Assembly: GCA_043228905.1 (NCBI GenBank)
Contig: JBHGNT010000016.1
Location: 8,184,001 to 8,248,000 of the forward strand
From: Azolla caroliniana
Lineage: Eukaryota > Plantae > Polypodiophyta
Reading direction: 5' to 3'
Length of the DNA stretch: 64,000 nucleotides
The notes beneath the pieces were generated by a model. It was not told where the DNA came from. It made no database searches and was given only the letters and a program-made list of their open reading frames with translations. Shown here piece by piece: positions 60,555 to 64,000 of this stretch (positions are counted from its first letter, which is position 1; each line of letters opens with the position of its first letter). Both the position numbers and the translations under genes were made by a program.

Positions 60555-63198
60555 GATTGATTGATTATTACTCATTTTAAGAATTTGATTGGGCCAGAGT
60601 TGATTATTAATGAGGATGTCTTGAAAGCACGACAAGAGTTTTATAATGTAGTTGGGAGTGTCGTGAATACAAATATTTGTCAAGAATTGGATGCTGATTT
60701 TGAAGAAGCTGAGGTGGAAAAGGTATTGTTACACCTTCCAAATGGTAAAAGCCCTGGTTGGGATGGTGTTACAAATGAAGTTTTTAAGAAGTATGCTAGC
60801 ATGCTTAAGAGTCCATTCACACAAATGTTTCAACAATGTTGGGATTCTGGTTTCATGCTTGAGAGTTGGAAGGTGGGCTTAATCTAATTGATACCAAAGC
60901 TAACATCTCCGGAGTCATTTCATCAATGGCGGCCTATTTCATTGATGGGAGGGTTGTACAAAGTGTTTGCAAAGATATTATCCAACATACTTAAGAAGTT
61001 CTTACCTCAATTTATTCATCCATCTCAATATGGTTTTATTACAAGTAGAAATATATTGCATAATGTTTTGAATGTTCAAATGGCGAGCGATTATGCTTGA
61101 CATACACATCAAGAAATGGTTATGGTGTAATTAGATTTGGAAAAAGCATATGATCATGTTAATTGGTCTTTCCTCTCAGGTGTGATGTATAATATGGGGT
61201 TCGGTCCTCGTATGTGTCGACTTATCTTTTTGCTAGGGCAAAATGCAACCTCTCGTGTGATGCTTAATGGCGGAGTCACTTCGAAAGTGTTTCTTACTAG
61301 ATCCGTGCGGCAAGGATGTCCACTAAGCCCATTGTTATTTGCTATTGTTACACATCCTTTGTTTGTAATGTTGTCAAATCTTGCGGCCAATGGTGATATT
61401 GTGGGTTTGCATCTTCCTTGTGGTGGACAATTGGTGGCACAAGCATTGGCAGATGATTCTTTTATGTTTTTACAAGCCTCAAAAGAAAATCTTAAAAGGA
61501 GTATGCAAGTTTGGGATCAATTTGCTTTGGCTTTAGGGTTGTATATAAATTGGAGGAAGTCTCGCCTTATCTCTTGTATGGAGAGTGATTTGGAATGTTT
61601 GGGATGGCGAGGGTCAGTGATTACACGAGGTTCAATTTATCGACATTTGGGTTATCCATTGGGCATTGATGTTACAAATGTTCAATTGATTGATTGGATT
61701 GGTAATAAATTGAGGGACAAATTTATGTATTGGAAGTCTCAATTATGACCCTTTCATGTATGACTGAAAGTGGTGCAATGTATCTTGATACCCATGTTAA
61801 TATTTTTTGCCTTTACTTCCTTGGACTAAGAAGGCATTACAAAGCATGTTACAACCTATTTGGTTCATGTTGTGGCGGAAGGGAGAAATGATGGGAGTTA
61901 CATGGATTTCATGGAACCATTTGGCTACTCCTAAAAGGTTAGGTGGTGCAGTAATATTGGATTTGGAAAGGCATTTGATGGCTCGTAGATTTACATTATT
62001 ACGAGATATATGTCAACAAGATCAACCATGGATATCTATGATGCAATATTTTATTGAGCATGAAGGATTGGTGCATGGGAAACCAAAGATTCAAGCATCA
62101 TGGTGGTCACTACTGAATGGAAGTATTCCTCTAATGATTTGACATTCTGTATGTGGACAACATTTGGTAAGATCGTGGCAAGATGCATTATCTCTTTTTG
62201 AATGGGGACCATCAAGTGATCGAGAATATTGTAATTCATTACAAAACGAATTGCTTGTTTCTTCTCGAGTGTTTTGGCATGGGAAAGAGAAGTTGAGATC
62301 TCAATTCAATCGTTTATTTCGATTGGGGATTGTACATTTGGAAGATGTGGTTGATAATGAATCTCAAAGGTTGTCGGATTTTGAAGATGCCAAGAGATGG
62401 TTATGTATTCCCCCAAATTATGGATTTATTTGGGAGAAACTACATGATATACCATTGTTGCAAGGATCTTTGCCATTGAAAACCAATTTTGCACCTTGGG
62501 TAGATTGGCGGTTACAAGATGGTACACGCTTGTTACAGGTCACTACAAATACATTGTATCATCATTATCTTGGTTATCTCCTAAATCAATGAAGTTGTGG
62601 AATGTATATAAGTCAAACGCACGGTATTACAACGTGGTTGGCATTCCCATCGACCATTTCGTGCAAAGGAATTCATATGGAGAGTTATGATTGGTGGGCT
62701 CCCATTAGGTTCGGCCTTAAAGAGACGAGGACTATGGTATGACACTTGTTTCTTTTGCACCGTTCCATTGGAGGATAGTACACATGGGTTCATTAAATGT
62801 CCTATAGTGTGTACCATTTGGAAGTACTTATCAAACATTTGGAAAGTTTTAACCCATTGTTGTTTGAGACCTCAACGATGGGTTTTTTCTCAATATGTTC
62901 AAAATGGATCAAATGATGAGATGGAGATATTGTTCCAATTTTTACATTATTGGGGTCTACAACACAATTGGAATATGCGTAATGCTTTCATGTTTGATAA
63001 TAGACATGGGGTGAAAGCCTATATAAAGAAGCTTAAAGGTATTCTCATGTGGAATTTTTGGATGTTAGAGCATGTGGGGATCATTTCCTCAAATGCATAT
63101 TCAGGTTTTTTAGTAGCATTACATAACGTTCCTCTCCCTACATAGGCATATGATAGGTAGAGGAGCCCTGAAGTGTTGTGATTAAGTGGATTTTACAT
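60555..63198 (+). mobile_element. 5'-truncated degenerate L1-type LINE ORF2
   Basis: KSPGWDG, WRPISL, DLEKAYD, RQGCPLSP, LADD, RHLGYPLG, CFFC zf-RVT; several stops. Confidence 0.9.
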
Positions 63199-63252
63199 AC
63201 AATTAATATAATTGTGTGCTTTTACCAAAGAGAGAGAGAGAGAGAGAGAGAT

Positions 63253-63293
<41 letters not shown>

Positions 63294-64000
63294 AAGTGCT
63301 AGTTATACTAGGGTTGTGAGACCAAAGGTTCAAGGGTGATGGACAACCACTCTTGCCCAATTCGCTACTAATAGTAAATAGAGGTCTAGATAATTTGGCC
63401 AACGATATCGACGTTGAGGTGTAACTTCATCAATCCATAGAAATGTTTCAGTGTCATGTGCATGGAAACTACACAGAAGTACCACACAATATTCTATTGA
63501 ACTCGAGAAAAAAAACATCATAATATTAATGATCGATTCTAATGCATTTCAAACAAACGAGGACATATTTAGATGTTTATTTGTGTTAGAGAGCTTAGTT
63601 CTATATTAATTATCTGATTTCACATTCTCATCATGCAAATTGTGGACCCAATCTTGGCCTTTTTAAGCCATTGGAATTTCCCAAAGTATTTCTCACTTGA
63701 CCAATAGTAAAGAGGTTTATGATGAGGCTTTTGAGGGGAGTAGTTTACATTTCAAGGGAAGCTTTTTAGAGAAAAATTTCACAACTTTAACTCCACAAAT
63801 TGAAATTGCATGATTCTTGATGTTCTGGAAACCTCTCACCAAGATATTTCTAATGGTAGGCATATAATAAGGTTCTAGAAACATCCACTAAATCATTTAG
63901 TTCCCCCTAATGCGTAAGTATGTTGGTGGCATGATATTGTTCACACCATCCAATGTTGAGTCTAAAAGTTTCCTAGTGTTGAAAAGAGGAAATGCCATAA

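Overview
Eukaryotic plant nuclear DNA, probably a fern or another seed-free vascular plant (inferred from the PPR style and transposon types). About 75-80% is retrotransposon-derived. Three host genes are well supported: a 3-exon peroxisomal SDR (3185-4701, -), a 3-exon HAKAI RING E3/m6A-writer subunit (42678-46757, +) and a long PLS-E-class PPR gene (49351-~52035, -). Positions ~6.3-39.8 kb are a nest of LTR elements whose ends, PBS, PPT and TSDs can mostly be read directly. The nest holds three copia hosts, two Tcn1-like chromoviruses, a tRNA-Trp-primed gypsy, a gag-only relative of it, a solo LTR and a deleted copia. The distal part holds four LINEs, one 5'-inverted with a long TSD. The most striking unexplained signal is about 15 tRNA-like Pol III A-box/B-box modules. 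They lie antisense in the U3 of two unrelated LTR families, form a ~190-bp convergent dimer joined to the 5' ends of two differently truncated copies of one LINE, and sit directly upstream of the SDR start codon. All calls come from reading the sequence by eye; no searches were run.
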